Shown here: positions 25,040-33,982 of the stretch, piece by piece | Layout of the letters: the number at the start of each line of letters is the position of its first letter | How positions within the stretch are numbered: position 1 is the first letter of the stretch | Assembly (NCBI GenBank): GCA_036170655.1 | Contig: JAVHPP010000105.1 | Location: 1 to 38,776, forward strand | Reading direction: 5' to 3' | DNA from: Candidatus Zixiibacteriota bacterium | GTDB taxonomy: Bacteria; Zixibacteria; MSB-5A5; WJJR01 | DNA length: 38,776 nt | Position numbers and translations under genes: made by a program | The notes under the pieces: generated by a model | Told to the model about the DNA's origin: nothing | The model's input: the letters and a program-made list of their open reading frames with translations, nothing else | The model's database searches: none

Positions 25040-26056
25040 ATGCTGATTGTCATGGATACCCACGCCGGTTCCGCTGAAGTGAAGGCGGTCTGTGCCGAGA
25101 TCCAGGCGTTGGGTTTGACCCCTCACCCGATGCCGGGTGCACAACGTACAGCGATCGGGATCACGGGGAACAAAGGGGCAGTCGATGCCTCGCGTTTGGA
25201 GCAGATGCCCGGTGTCGTGCGGGTCATTCATGTGACGGCCCCGTACAAGCTCGTCAGCCGGGAATTCCATGAGCAGGATACCATCGTCGATGTCAGCGGT
25301 GTCAAAGTCGGCGGCGATCGCTTTGTGCTCATGGCAGGGCCATGTGCTGTCGAGACGGCAGAACAGATCGACACCATCGCGGCTATCCTGAAAGACAGCG
25401 GCGCCCATATCCTGCGTGGCGGCGCATTCAAGCCACGCACCTCACCGTACAGCTTCCAAGGGCTGGGCGAAAAGGGCCTCCAACTGCTGTCCGACGTTAG
25501 CCAGCGGTACCATATACCGGTCGTGACCGAGGCGATCGACAATGAGTCGCTCGATTTGGTGGCCCATTACGCAGACATGGTGCAGATCGGCGCGCGCAAC
25601 ATGCAGAATTTTTCCCTCTTGCGTCACGCCGGCCATTGCGGCAAGCCGGTGCTGCTCAAACGGGGCATGGCGGCGACACTGGAGGAGCTGTTGATGGCCG
25701 CGGAGTACATCGTCAACGAGGGGAACCCCAATGTGGTCCTGTGCGAGCGCGGTGTGCGCACCTTCGCCGACCACACGCGCAACACGCTGGATCTGTCGGC
25801 GATACCATTTGTCCAGCGAGCCAGCCACCTTCCGATCATCGCCGACCCCAGTCATGGGACCGGGCGCCGTGAGAAGGTGATCCCTCTGTCTTGTGCCTCC
25901 GTCGCCGTGGGCGCCGACGGGCTGATTGTGGAAGTGCATCCTCACCCGGATAGCGCGTTGTCTGACGGACCGCAGTCGCTTTTCCCCGCGCAGTTCCAAG
26001 AGCTGGTGCGGCAGGTCTCCGCCATCGCCACGGTGGTGGGGAAACATCTCGCTTGA
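25040..26056 (+). CDS. aroF: DAHP synthase type I-beta with N-terminal regulatory domain
   Basis: MAGPCAVE, RGGAFKPRTSPYSFQG, IGARNMQN, LKRG, LCERG, DPSHGTG, SDGPQ. Confidence 0.96.
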   Translation: MLIVMDTHAGSAEVKAVCAEIQALGLTPHPMPGAQRTAIGITGNKGAVDASRLEQMPGVVRVIHVTAPYKLVSREFHEQDTIVDVSGVKVGGDRFVLMAGPCAVETAEQIDTIAAILKDSGAHILRGGAFKPRTSPYSFQGLGEKGLQLLSDVSQRYHIPVVTEAIDNESLDLVAHYADMVQIGARNMQNFSLLRHAGHCGKPVLLKRGMAATLEELLMAAEYIVNEGNPNVVLCERGVRTFADHTRNTLDLSAIPFVQRASHLPIIADPSHGTGRREKVIPLSCASVAVGADGLIVEVHPHPDSALSDGPQSLFPAQFQELVRQVSAIATVVGKHLA

Positions 26057-26083
26057 CGGACACCAAAGAATGGACAATGTGGA

Positions 26084-27466
26084 ATGATCACGTCAACAAC
26101 GACAGACATCAAGATTGAACCGGCCACCAAGCTGATCGGCCATTACACCCCTTTGCCTGACAAATCAATCGCCCATCGTGCGCTAATTCTCGCAGCGCTT
26201 GCGGCCGGCCGGTCGACCATCGCGCCGATCTCACATTCGGCCGATGTCGCGTCAACCGTCTCCTGCCTGCGTCAATTGGGCGTATCAGTCGAGGCCACCC
26301 GCGACGCGTGGACCATCGACAGTCCTGGTGTCGCCGGGTGGGCAGTTCCGGAACGCGCGCTGGATTGCGGCAATTCGGGCACGACCATGCGGCTTCTGGC
26401 CGGATGCCTTGCCGGCCGTCCGTTCAATTCTCTGCTGATCGGCGATGATTCGCTCACACGCCGTCCAATGGCCCGGATCGCCATCCCGTTGCGCCGGATG
26501 GGAGGACGTATCACGCTGGCGCCGGGTGACACGGCGCCGATCCAGCTCCAGGGATCACATCTGCGGGGCATTGAATATGAGTTGCCGATTCCTTCGGCCC
26601 AAGTAAAGTCAGCCATTCTCCTGGCGGGACTTGATGTCGAAGGAACCACGACCGTAATCGAAATGCAGCCATCGCGCGATCACACAGAACGCATGCTGTC
26701 CCATGCCGGAGTGGATTGCTGTCCGGAAGCGCCGCCGCGGCCGGCCGACCGCCGCGAGAGGCTGCTCGCCAATCCCGGTGGGATCCCCCAAACGGATGTG
26801 GAGACGTTCCACCGCAAGATTGTGCTTGGTCCCCGGCGTGTCCTCAAGCCCGTGGACTGGCACCTGCCGGGCGACTTTTCCGCGGCTGCATTCTTCTTGG
26901 TGGCGGCCCTGGGAATGCGGCGCGCCGATCTGATCGTCTCCACGGTCGGCCTCAATCCCACACGCACCGGCCTGCTCAAGATTCTCCGGCGCATGGGTGC
27001 AGAGTTCGAGCAGTCGAACGAGAGCCATGCAGCGGGGGAGCCGGTCGGCCAGATCCGTGTGAATGCCGCCAAGAGCCTGAAAGCGGTCAATGTGGGAGCA
27101 GCCGAAGCGTCACAGATCATCGATGAATTGCCCATCCTTGCCGTCGCGGCGGCACGCGCTGAAGGGATCACGGTGATTCGTGGCGCCGGGGAATTGCGAC
27201 ACAAGGAATCTGACCGCATCGCCGCCGTGACACAGAATCTTCGTGCCATGGGCGCTAAAGTCGCCGAACTGGAAGATGGCTGGGCCATTGAGGGACCGAC
27301 AACTTGGCAGGGCGCGATGATCGACCCGCATGGCGACCATCGTATCGCCATGGCCTTCTCCATCGCCGCCTTGTGGGCTGACTCGCCCAGCATCATCCAG
27401 GACGCCGGCGTCGTGCGTATCTCCGACCCCGACTTCTACGGCGTGCTGACCGCATTGGTGCGCTAA
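26084..27466 (+). CDS. aroA: EPSP synthase (class II-like)
   Basis: DKSIAHRA, DCGNSGTTMRL, SAQVKSA, RDHTERML, IDELP, ELRHKESDRI, DHRIAMA. Confidence 0.97.
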   Translation: MITSTTTDIKIEPATKLIGHYTPLPDKSIAHRALILAALAAGRSTIAPISHSADVASTVSCLRQLGVSVEATRDAWTIDSPGVAGWAVPERALDCGNSGTTMRLLAGCLAGRPFNSLLIGDDSLTRRPMARIAIPLRRMGGRITLAPGDTAPIQLQGSHLRGIEYELPIPSAQVKSAILLAGLDVEGTTTVIEMQPSRDHTERMLSHAGVDCCPEAPPRPADRRERLLANPGGIPQTDVETFHRKIVLGPRRVLKPVDWHLPGDFSAAAFFLVAALGMRRADLIVSTVGLNPTRTGLLKILRRMGAEFEQSNESHAAGEPVGQIRVNAAKSLKAVNVGAAEASQIIDELPILAVAAARAEGITVIRGAGELRHKESDRIAAVTQNLRAMGAKVAELEDGWAIEGPTTWQGAMIDPHGDHRIAMAFSIAALWADSPSIIQDAGVVRISDPDFYGVLTALVR

Positions 27467-27509
27467 TGATCCCCACTCACCCAATCGGCCGGAGATCACC
27501 GAGAACATC

Positions 27510-28400
27510 ATGATTATCACCCGGTTCCCATCGCCATTGTTCCGGTCTGGCATTTACGGGGTGCTGGGGCACAAGATTGCATACTCTTTGTCGCCGATGC
27601 TTTTCCGCCGAGTGTTCGCTGAACTGGGCTGGCCGGCGGTCTATGGGTTGTTCGACATGGCGCCATCACAACTCGGACGGTTCACGGCCGCGGCGCCGGA
27701 CGCGGGCATCGCCGGCTTCAATGTCACGCAGCCTTACAAGATGAGCATCATGCGGCACTTGGATCATCTCGATCCGTCTGCTGCCGCCGTCGGCGCGGTC
27801 AACACGGTCGTCGTGAAGAAAAGCAAACTGATCGGATACAACACAGATCTCGACGGTGTGTTTTGCGTGCTCCGGCCCGTCAGGTCCTCGCTTGACGGCG
27901 GGTGTGCGGTCATTCTTGGAGCCGGCGGCGCCGCCCGCGCGGTCGCATTCACTCTGGCAAACCGTTTTCACGTGCGCGAAATCAGCATCGCGGCACGTTC
28001 ACAAACCATGGGAATTTGTTTGTTGCAACAGATGCGGTCACAGTCCGGCCCACGCATCAACTGGCGGCTGTGCTCATTCGCGCGCCGCGAATTGAACCAG
28101 GCACTCTCACATGCAGCATTGTTGATCAATGCGACCCCCATCGGCGGACCGGGAAGGGAGAGACAATCACCGCTCCCGGCAGACACGGATCTGTCTGGTT
28201 GCAAAGTCGTCTTTGACCTTGTCTATCGTCCGCGCCCATCCCGTCTTTTGAAGCAAGCCAAAGAAGCCGGGTGCCAGACGACACTTGACGGTTGGGGTAT
28301 GCTGATCGCCCAGGCCGAAGCCGCCTTCACACTGTGGACAGGTCGGCGTTTTCCTCGCCGAGTTCGCCAAGATATCCTGGCATGGAGTGGCACAGCATGA
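27510..28400 (+). CDS. aroE: Shikimate dehydrogenase
   Basis: SLSP, NVTQPYK, GAVNT, GYNTD, GAGGAARA, INATP, DLVY, MLIAQA. Confidence 0.94.
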   Translation: MIITRFPSPLFRSGIYGVLGHKIAYSLSPMLFRRVFAELGWPAVYGLFDMAPSQLGRFTAAAPDAGIAGFNVTQPYKMSIMRHLDHLDPSAAAVGAVNTVVVKKSKLIGYNTDLDGVFCVLRPVRSSLDGGCAVILGAGGAARAVAFTLANRFHVREISIAARSQTMGICLLQQMRSQSGPRINWRLCSFARRELNQALSHAALLINATPIGGPGRERQSPLPADTDLSGCKVVFDLVYRPRPSRLLKQAKEAGCQTTLDGWGMLIAQAEAAFTLWTGRRFPRRVRQDILAWSGTA

Positions 28401-28843
28401 ACATCGTGGCGCCCGCCCAAGCACCGGGGAACGTCTTTATTGTCGGAGCCAGGAAGGGATTGTCCACCTACTGGATGCTGATGCGGATCATGATCCCGGT
28501 TTACATCGTGGTCACGCTATTGAACCACACGCCCGTTCTGCCGGCGATCGCGCACTTCTTTGAACCCGCGATGCGGCTCTGGCGTCTTCCGGGCGAGGCG
28601 GCCTTGGCCATGGTGCTCGGGCATTTTGTCAATCTGTATGCGGCCCTCGCGGTCATTGCCGCGGGCAAGTGGGATCCGGTGGCTGTGACGGTCGCCGGTA
28701 TTGTCTTGGGCGTGTCGCATTCCCACCTCATGGAAGCCGCGATATTTCGTCAGATGCGCGCGCCCGCGGCGTCGCTCGTGCTTCTGCGTATCGTCATGGG
28801 ATGGTCACTGGGCTGGCTGGTCGCCATGGTGTTCCCGCGATAA
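28397..28843 (+). CDS. Nucleoside-recognition (Gate) domain membrane protein, N-half
   Basis: Hydrophobic; FEPAMRLWRLPGEAAL...NLYAAL...SHSHLMEAA pattern. ATGA overlap with aroE. Confidence 0.75.
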   Translation: MNIVAPAQAPGNVFIVGARKGLSTYWMLMRIMIPVYIVVTLLNHTPVLPAIAHFFEPAMRLWRLPGEAALAMVLGHFVNLYAALAVIAAGKWDPVAVTVAGIVLGVSHSHLMEAAIFRQMRAPAASLVLLRIVMGWSLGWLVAMVFPR

Positions 28844-28866
28844 CCAGCGTGCTGGGAGTTTTGGTC

Positions 28867-29340
28867 GTGCCTGAGATTATCCGAGAAATCGCCGGAGGAC
28901 TGGGCGGATTGATGCTCAAGATCTTCCTCATTGTCATGCCGCTGATCATCGTGCTGGAGTGGGCCAAGACACGACGCTGGTTCACACGCTTCATTGAGGC
29001 GACCAATCCCGTCTTCCGGCCCGTGGGTTTTCGTCCGCAGGCGCTTTTCCCCCTCTTGATCGGACTGCTGTTTGGAATCGCCTACGGCGCCGGTGTCCTG
29101 ATTCCCCAGGCACGCTCCGGGGATCTGGACTCCCGGCAGATATTCCTCGTCGCAGCCTTCTTGGGGCTGTGTCACGCGATCATTGAAGACACACTGCTTT
29201 TTGTCGCTCTCGGCGGCAACGGTTGGGTTATCGTTCTGACACGTTTTGCCACGGCACTGCTTGCTGTCTGGGCACTGTCGAAATTGCACTGGCCCGCACC
29301 TGCCCCCGTGAACACCACAGAGATCAAGGAAGCAGCATGA
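28867..29340 (+). CDS. Nucleoside-recognition (Gate) domain membrane protein, C-half
   Basis: GLLFGIAYGAGVL...LCHAIIEDTLLF pattern. GTG start after GGGAG. Stop overlaps aroK. Confidence 0.75.
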   Translation: MPEIIREIAGGLGGLMLKIFLIVMPLIIVLEWAKTRRWFTRFIEATNPVFRPVGFRPQALFPLLIGLLFGIAYGAGVLIPQARSGDLDSRQIFLVAAFLGLCHAIIEDTLLFVALGGNGWVIVLTRFATALLAVWALSKLHWPAPAPVNTTEIKEAA

Positions 29341-29912
29341 GCATCATTGTCCACAACAGGCGGCATCTCTTTCTGGCTGGTTTCATGGGCACTGGCAAGA
29401 GCCATGTGGGGGCGGCCGTGGCTTTGCGTCTAAGTCGCGTCTTCTATGACATCGATGACCTCATTGTAGCTCTGACCGGCCGCCCGATCGGGGTGATCTT
29501 TCATACAGAGGGGGAACCGGCATTCCGTCACCACGAATCCAGGGCGCTGCGCGCGGTGGTTGGCAGCGCCGGTTCCGTGATCGCACTGGGTGGCGGCACC
29601 CCGGTGATCAAGTCGAACATCAGCATTCTTCGCCGAACAGGACAGACAGTCTTGCTCACTGCGGACTGGCGCGTCATCTGGAACCGGGTCAAAGGCGATG
29701 GATCCCGGCCGCTGCTGTCCGGAGTGACCAGCGCCAGCTCTGCCTCGTTCGAGCAATTCGTTGCCCATGCTCAGCCACTCTTGCAATCGCGCTGGGAGAG
29801 TTACCGCGCAATCTCGGATCACGTCATCGACACATCGGCGCTGTCGATCGCAGAGGTCGCTGACCAAGTCGTTGTGTGGTGGCGTTCGCAAACCAGAGAG
29901 GCGTTGCCATGA
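29337..29912 (+). CDS. aroK: Shikimate kinase
   Basis: LAGFMGTGKS, DID, GEPAFR, IALGGG, RPLL. Confidence 0.95.
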   Translation: MSIIVHNRRHLFLAGFMGTGKSHVGAAVALRLSRVFYDIDDLIVALTGRPIGVIFHTEGEPAFRHHESRALRAVVGSAGSVIALGGGTPVIKSNISILRRTGQTVLLTADWRVIWNRVKGDGSRPLLSGVTSASSASFEQFVAHAQPLLQSRWESYRAISDHVIDTSALSIAEVADQVVVWWRSQTREALP

Positions 29913-31024
29913 GTGGACCCATCCTGCCCAAACTCACTGGTCGCACGCGCGGTAAGCGGATACCCGTGTACCTCGGCGACGGGCTCTTGGACCATATCGG
30001 AATAGTCTTGCGTCCGGTCCGCAAGGGCCGGACAATCGAGGTTGTGACTGATCGCCATGTCCGCGGTTTACTCTCTGATCGTGTCACGGCTTCGCTGCAG
30101 AGCGCGGGTTGGTTCGTCAACCTGACTGTCTTGAGCGCAGGAGAGCAAATCAAGCGGCTCAGCACTGTCACACACCTGCATGAACGGTGGTTTGAGCTGG
30201 GGTATGACCGGCAGACACCAGTGATCGCCCTCGGAGGCGGCACGATCGGCGATGCGGTCGGCTTCGCTGCGGCGACATTCATGCGCGGGTTGCCACTCTG
30301 GCAGGTACCGACCACGATCGTCGCTCAGGTCGACGCGGCGATTGGGGGGAAAGTCGGTGTGAATCACCGGCGGGGCAAGAACCTCATCGGCTGCATCTAC
30401 CAGTCCCAAGGCATCGTCATCGACCCATCGATACTCACGACGCTGCCGGTCCCGGAACGGCGTTCGGGGCTCGCCGAGATCGTGAAATACGGTGTCATTG
30501 CCGACCGCCGCTTGTTCGCGCTCTGCGAAAAGAATCTGCCGCAATGGATCAACGGGACAAAGGCGGTTCCGGGCAGTGTCATCGAACGATGTGTCAAAAT
30601 TAAGTTGCGCGTGGTCGCAGCAGATGAGACGGATATGGGGTTGCGCCGGATATTAAACTTTGGCCATACCATCGGTCACGCCTTGGAGCGCTGGGCAAAC
30701 TATCGGGGGTTGCGCCACGGCGAGGCGGTGGCGGCAGGGATGGTCGGCGCCGGCTGGATGGCGGTGAAACGACGGCTCTGGACGGATGATGAATTCACCC
30801 GTCTGACCGGCTTATGCCAGCTCCTGTGTCCTATGCCACTGGGAAAGATTCAAGGGGAAGAGGTCACCCCCTTCCTCCGCATGGACAAAAAGCGCACCGA
30901 CGGTCGCAATATCTGGATCATCCCGGGCGCCATCGGGCAAGTTGAGATCTGCGATGATCTGACCGAACAAGAAGTCAGCGGGGCAGTGGAACATGTGTGC
31001 GCCTGGTTGCATCAGGGCGTCTGA
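29909..31024 (+). CDS. aroB: 3-dehydroquinate synthase
   Basis: ALGGGTIGD, VPTT, DAAIGGK, KNLIG, GLAEIVKY, LNFGHTIGHALE, HGEAV. Confidence 0.96.
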   Translation: MSGPILPKLTGRTRGKRIPVYLGDGLLDHIGIVLRPVRKGRTIEVVTDRHVRGLLSDRVTASLQSAGWFVNLTVLSAGEQIKRLSTVTHLHERWFELGYDRQTPVIALGGGTIGDAVGFAAATFMRGLPLWQVPTTIVAQVDAAIGGKVGVNHRRGKNLIGCIYQSQGIVIDPSILTTLPVPERRSGLAEIVKYGVIADRRLFALCEKNLPQWINGTKAVPGSVIERCVKIKLRVVAADETDMGLRRILNFGHTIGHALERWANYRGLRHGEAVAAGMVGAGWMAVKRRLWTDDEFTRLTGLCQLLCPMPLGKIQGEEVTPFLRMDKKRTDGRNIWIIPGAIGQVEICDDLTEQEVSGAVEHVCAWLHQGV

Positions 31025-31045
31025 ACAAACATACCGGGAGCAGTC

Positions 31046-31483
31046 ATGGCCAAACCCATTCTTGTCATTAACGGTCCCAACCTCAATCGCTTGGGACTCC
31101 GTGAACCGGAGATCTACGGATCTGAGACACTCGATCAGATCGGCGACCGAATCACTGCCAGAGCCAGAAAACTGGGTGCGGACGTCGAATTCTATCAGTC
31201 CAATCATGAAGGAGACTTGATCGACCGTCTGCACGCCGCGGCCGGCACGTCGGCCGCCGTGATCCTCAATCCCGGCGGACTGGCGCATTCCTCGGTCGCG
31301 CTGCGCGATGCCGTCGCTTCCATCCCCATTCCCACTGTCGAGGTGCACCTGTCCAACATTTTCGCCCGCGAATCCTTCCGTCACCGGTCACTCGTCTCCG
31401 GGGCCTGCCAAGGCGTGATCTCCGGTCTGGGTGCACAGGGGTATCTCCTGGCGCTGGAGTACTTGGTGACACGGCTCGGCTGA
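31046..31483 (+). CDS. aroQ: Type II 3-dehydroquinate dehydratase
   Basis: INGPNLNRLGLREPEIYG, QSNHEG, NPGG, EVHLSN, RESFRH. Confidence 0.97.
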   Translation: MAKPILVINGPNLNRLGLREPEIYGSETLDQIGDRITARARKLGADVEFYQSNHEGDLIDRLHAAAGTSAAVILNPGGLAHSSVALRDAVASIPIPTVEVHLSNIFARESFRHRSLVSGACQGVISGLGAQGYLLALEYLVTRLG

Positions 31484-31586
31484 GACCGTGGGCGTCATTT
31501 CCTTCGATTCGTCCTCTTCCAAGTGATAACTTCTCCCTGCCCACAGCGGGGTCGTGGTGTCTGCTCCTCGGGGGATGCATCGTCGC

Positions 31587-32966
31587 ATGGAAACCACATC
31601 GCCACCAGCAGCAAATCGCGACATCGAGAGCGTCCTGCACGGTCACCCGTACCGTGCCATCATCCGCCTGGCCTGGCCGGCGACCATCTCGATGCTCCTG
31701 CACACGCTGTTTTCGGTCACCAACGCGATCTGGGTCGGGCACATGGGCGCCACGCCGCTTGCGGCGGTGATTTCGGCGACGTTCGTCGTCTGGATTCTCA
31801 TTTCGCTGACAACCGTCCTTTCGACCGGCGTGGTGGCCATGGTCGCGCGGGCGATTGGCGCCGGCGAGATGACCACAGCACATGAGATTGCGGAACAGAC
31901 GTTTCGCTTCGCCATTTTGTATGCCTTGCTGGTTTCGATCTCCGGGTTGCTCCTGCGCCACTACCTGCTGAGTTTGATGCATTTGGAACCGGAGGTCGCC
32001 CGGCTCGGAGAAGAATACATGGCTGTCTACTTCGCGGCGGGCGGACTGGTCATTTTCACTGAGTGGGCCAGCGGCCTCTTCCGCGCCGCCGGCAACACCC
32101 GGCTGCCATTGCTGGTATCGTCCGCCAGCGTCGTCCTCAACGTTGTGCTGGACCCGTTGCTCATCTTCGGCATCGGTCCGTTTCCGCGCTGGGGGGCAAC
32201 CGGCGCGGCCGTCGCCACGGCGATTTCCTACGCCGTTGCCACAATCCTCTTTGTCCGTCTCCTGCGCCGAGACCGGCTGCCGTTCCCATTTCATTTCGCG
32301 CTGTTTGGGCCGATGAACTGGCCACGGATTGGGCGGCTGGTCATGATCGGTCTCCCCATTTCGATCTCCGGGATTGTGTTTTCGGTTGTGTACCTCTTTG
32401 TCAACAGGATTACGGCCGAGTTTGGTACTCCGGCTGTCGCCGCGCTCGGTGTCGGCAATCGCATCGAATCAATCAATTACCTGGTCTCGTTTGGCTTCTC
32501 CACGGCAGTCGCAACTCTGGTGGGACAGAATCTTGGCGCGCGGAACCCGAAGCGGGCAGCGGACCTGACCCATAAGACCATCGTGTTGATCACATCGCTG
32601 ACCGCCATCACAACAGCCGTCTTCCTGCTCTTCCCCGGTTCCATCATGCGCATCTTCGTTTCCGATCCGGCCGTGCTGGCGGCCGGGAAAAACTATGTGC
32701 GCATCCTCGCCCTGTCACAGATTCTGATGGGATGGGAAATCGTCCTCGAAGGAGCATTCTCGGGCGCAGGAGACACTCTGCCGCCGATGTTGGTCGCGAT
32801 ACCGGGCGCCGTGCTGCGCATCCCGGTCGCCTGGGCGCTCGCCATCAGTCTGGGATGGGGAGTCGATGGCATCTGGTGGACCATCACCCTCTCCACAATT
32901 GCCAAAGGATCGGCATTGTACGCCTGGTTCTCACTGGAACGATGGGGCAAGCGTACAGCGATGTAG
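31587..32966 (+). CDS. MATE family efflux transporter
   Basis: RLAWP, FRAAGNTRLP, LNVVLDPLLIFG, GATGAAVAT, LVGQNLGA, GAGDT. Confidence 0.94.
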   Translation: METTSPPAANRDIESVLHGHPYRAIIRLAWPATISMLLHTLFSVTNAIWVGHMGATPLAAVISATFVVWILISLTTVLSTGVVAMVARAIGAGEMTTAHEIAEQTFRFAILYALLVSISGLLLRHYLLSLMHLEPEVARLGEEYMAVYFAAGGLVIFTEWASGLFRAAGNTRLPLLVSSASVVLNVVLDPLLIFGIGPFPRWGATGAAVATAISYAVATILFVRLLRRDRLPFPFHFALFGPMNWPRIGRLVMIGLPISISGIVFSVVYLFVNRITAEFGTPAVAALGVGNRIESINYLVSFGFSTAVATLVGQNLGARNPKRAADLTHKTIVLITSLTAITTAVFLLFPGSIMRIFVSDPAVLAAGKNYVRILALSQILMGWEIVLEGAFSGAGDTLPPMLVAIPGAVLRIPVAWALAISLGWGVDGIWWTITLSTIAKGSALYAWFSLERWGKRTAM

Positions 32967-33104
32967 AATATGAAAAAGACGCCGCGATCCCCGCTTCATT
33001 GCCATTCACGCTTGCCCCCATACAAGCACGTGAGCACTCACGATTCCGACCTTGGCACCCCTTCGTGCGATGTGTATCCTCTCCGATGAATCAGGGAAAC
33101 AGCG

Positions 33105-33215
33105 ATGAAACATCTATGTAATTTCACGGACAAGATTCGCCGGGCGTGTCCTGAGGTATGTGACGGAGTTGCGTGTCCGGGAACGACGGCGGGAAGGGAT
33201 CTGGCGATCCGATGA
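33105..33215 (+). CDS. Possible 36-aa Cys-containing upstream ORF
   Basis: MKHLCNFTDKIRRACPEVCDGVACPGTTAGRDLAIR*. AGGGA lies 7 nt before the ATG and the stop overlaps the next ATG (ATGA). Confidence 0.3.
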   Translation: MKHLCNFTDKIRRACPEVCDGVACPGTTAGRDLAIR

Positions 33216-33982
33216 GTCAATTCGTGCGCTTTCTCTGGCAGGGCGGAGAGTATTGGGGCGCCCGCGAGGACAATCTGGTGCGGCGCTGGAGTGGACCGCC
33301 CTATGACGGCGGGCGGGTAACCGAACGGACTTATCCAGTCGCGGAAGTTCGCTGGCTGCCACCGGTTGTTCCCAGCAAGATCATCGCGGTCGGACTTAAC
33401 TATGCGCCGCATGTCGCGGAAAGCGCCTCGGCTGACACCATTCCGGAGGAACCCGTGATCTTCCTGAAACCGCCGACGGCGTTGGTTGGCCCGGGTGACG
33501 CCATTGTGCTGCCAGACGGCGTTGATCGTGTCGACTACGAAGGTGAACTGGGCATCGTGATCGGCGCCGGTGGACATTTCATTTCACCGGCCGAGGCGAT
33601 GAATCACGTCTGGGGCTGGACCATCGTCAACGATGTCACCGCCCGTCATCTGCAGAAGAAAGACAAACAGTGGACACGCGCGAAGGGGTTTGATACGTTC
33701 TGTCCGGTCGGACCATGGGTACAGACCGGGGTCGATGTTTCGCGATCCGGCCTGACAACGCGGCTCAACGGCACGATCCGCCAGCAGGGTTCAGCCGATC
33801 AGATGATCTTCCCGGTTGCGCAACTCATCTCGTTCATTTCGGGTGTGATGACCCTGCATCCGGGCGATCTGATCTCAACGGGAACTCCGGCCGGCGTCGG
33901 CCCCCTGGCGGCAGGAGATCACATCGAAATCGAGATTGAGGGAATAGGAACCCTGGCGAATACCGTGAGAGGCAGTCAATGA
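33212..33982 (+). CDS. Fumarylacetoacetate hydrolase family protein
   Basis: PSKIIAVGLNY, FLKPP, DYEGEL, NDVTAR, AKGFDTFCP, DLISTGTP. Confidence 0.94.
   Translation: MSQFVRFLWQGGEYWGAREDNLVRRWSGPPYDGGRVTERTYPVAEVRWLPPVVPSKIIAVGLNYAPHVAESASADTIPEEPVIFLKPPTALVGPGDAIVLPDGVDRVDYEGELGIVIGAGGHFISPAEAMNHVWGWTIVNDVTARHLQKKDKQWTRAKGFDTFCPVGPWVQTGVDVSRSGLTTRLNGTIRQQGSADQMIFPVAQLISFISGVMTLHPGDLISTGTPAGVGPLAAGDHIEIEIEGIGTLANTVRGSQ

Noticed and set aside
24951..25046. Short ORF before aroF as a Phe/Tyr leader peptide
   Set aside because: No aromatic codons (MKNVLAHSVRPTVDVGAVVSSNQSLRGEQIC) and no U-tailed terminator.
33052..33069. TTGGCAC...GTGC as a sigma54 promoter
   Set aside because: GG-to-GC spacing is 11 nt, not the required 10.
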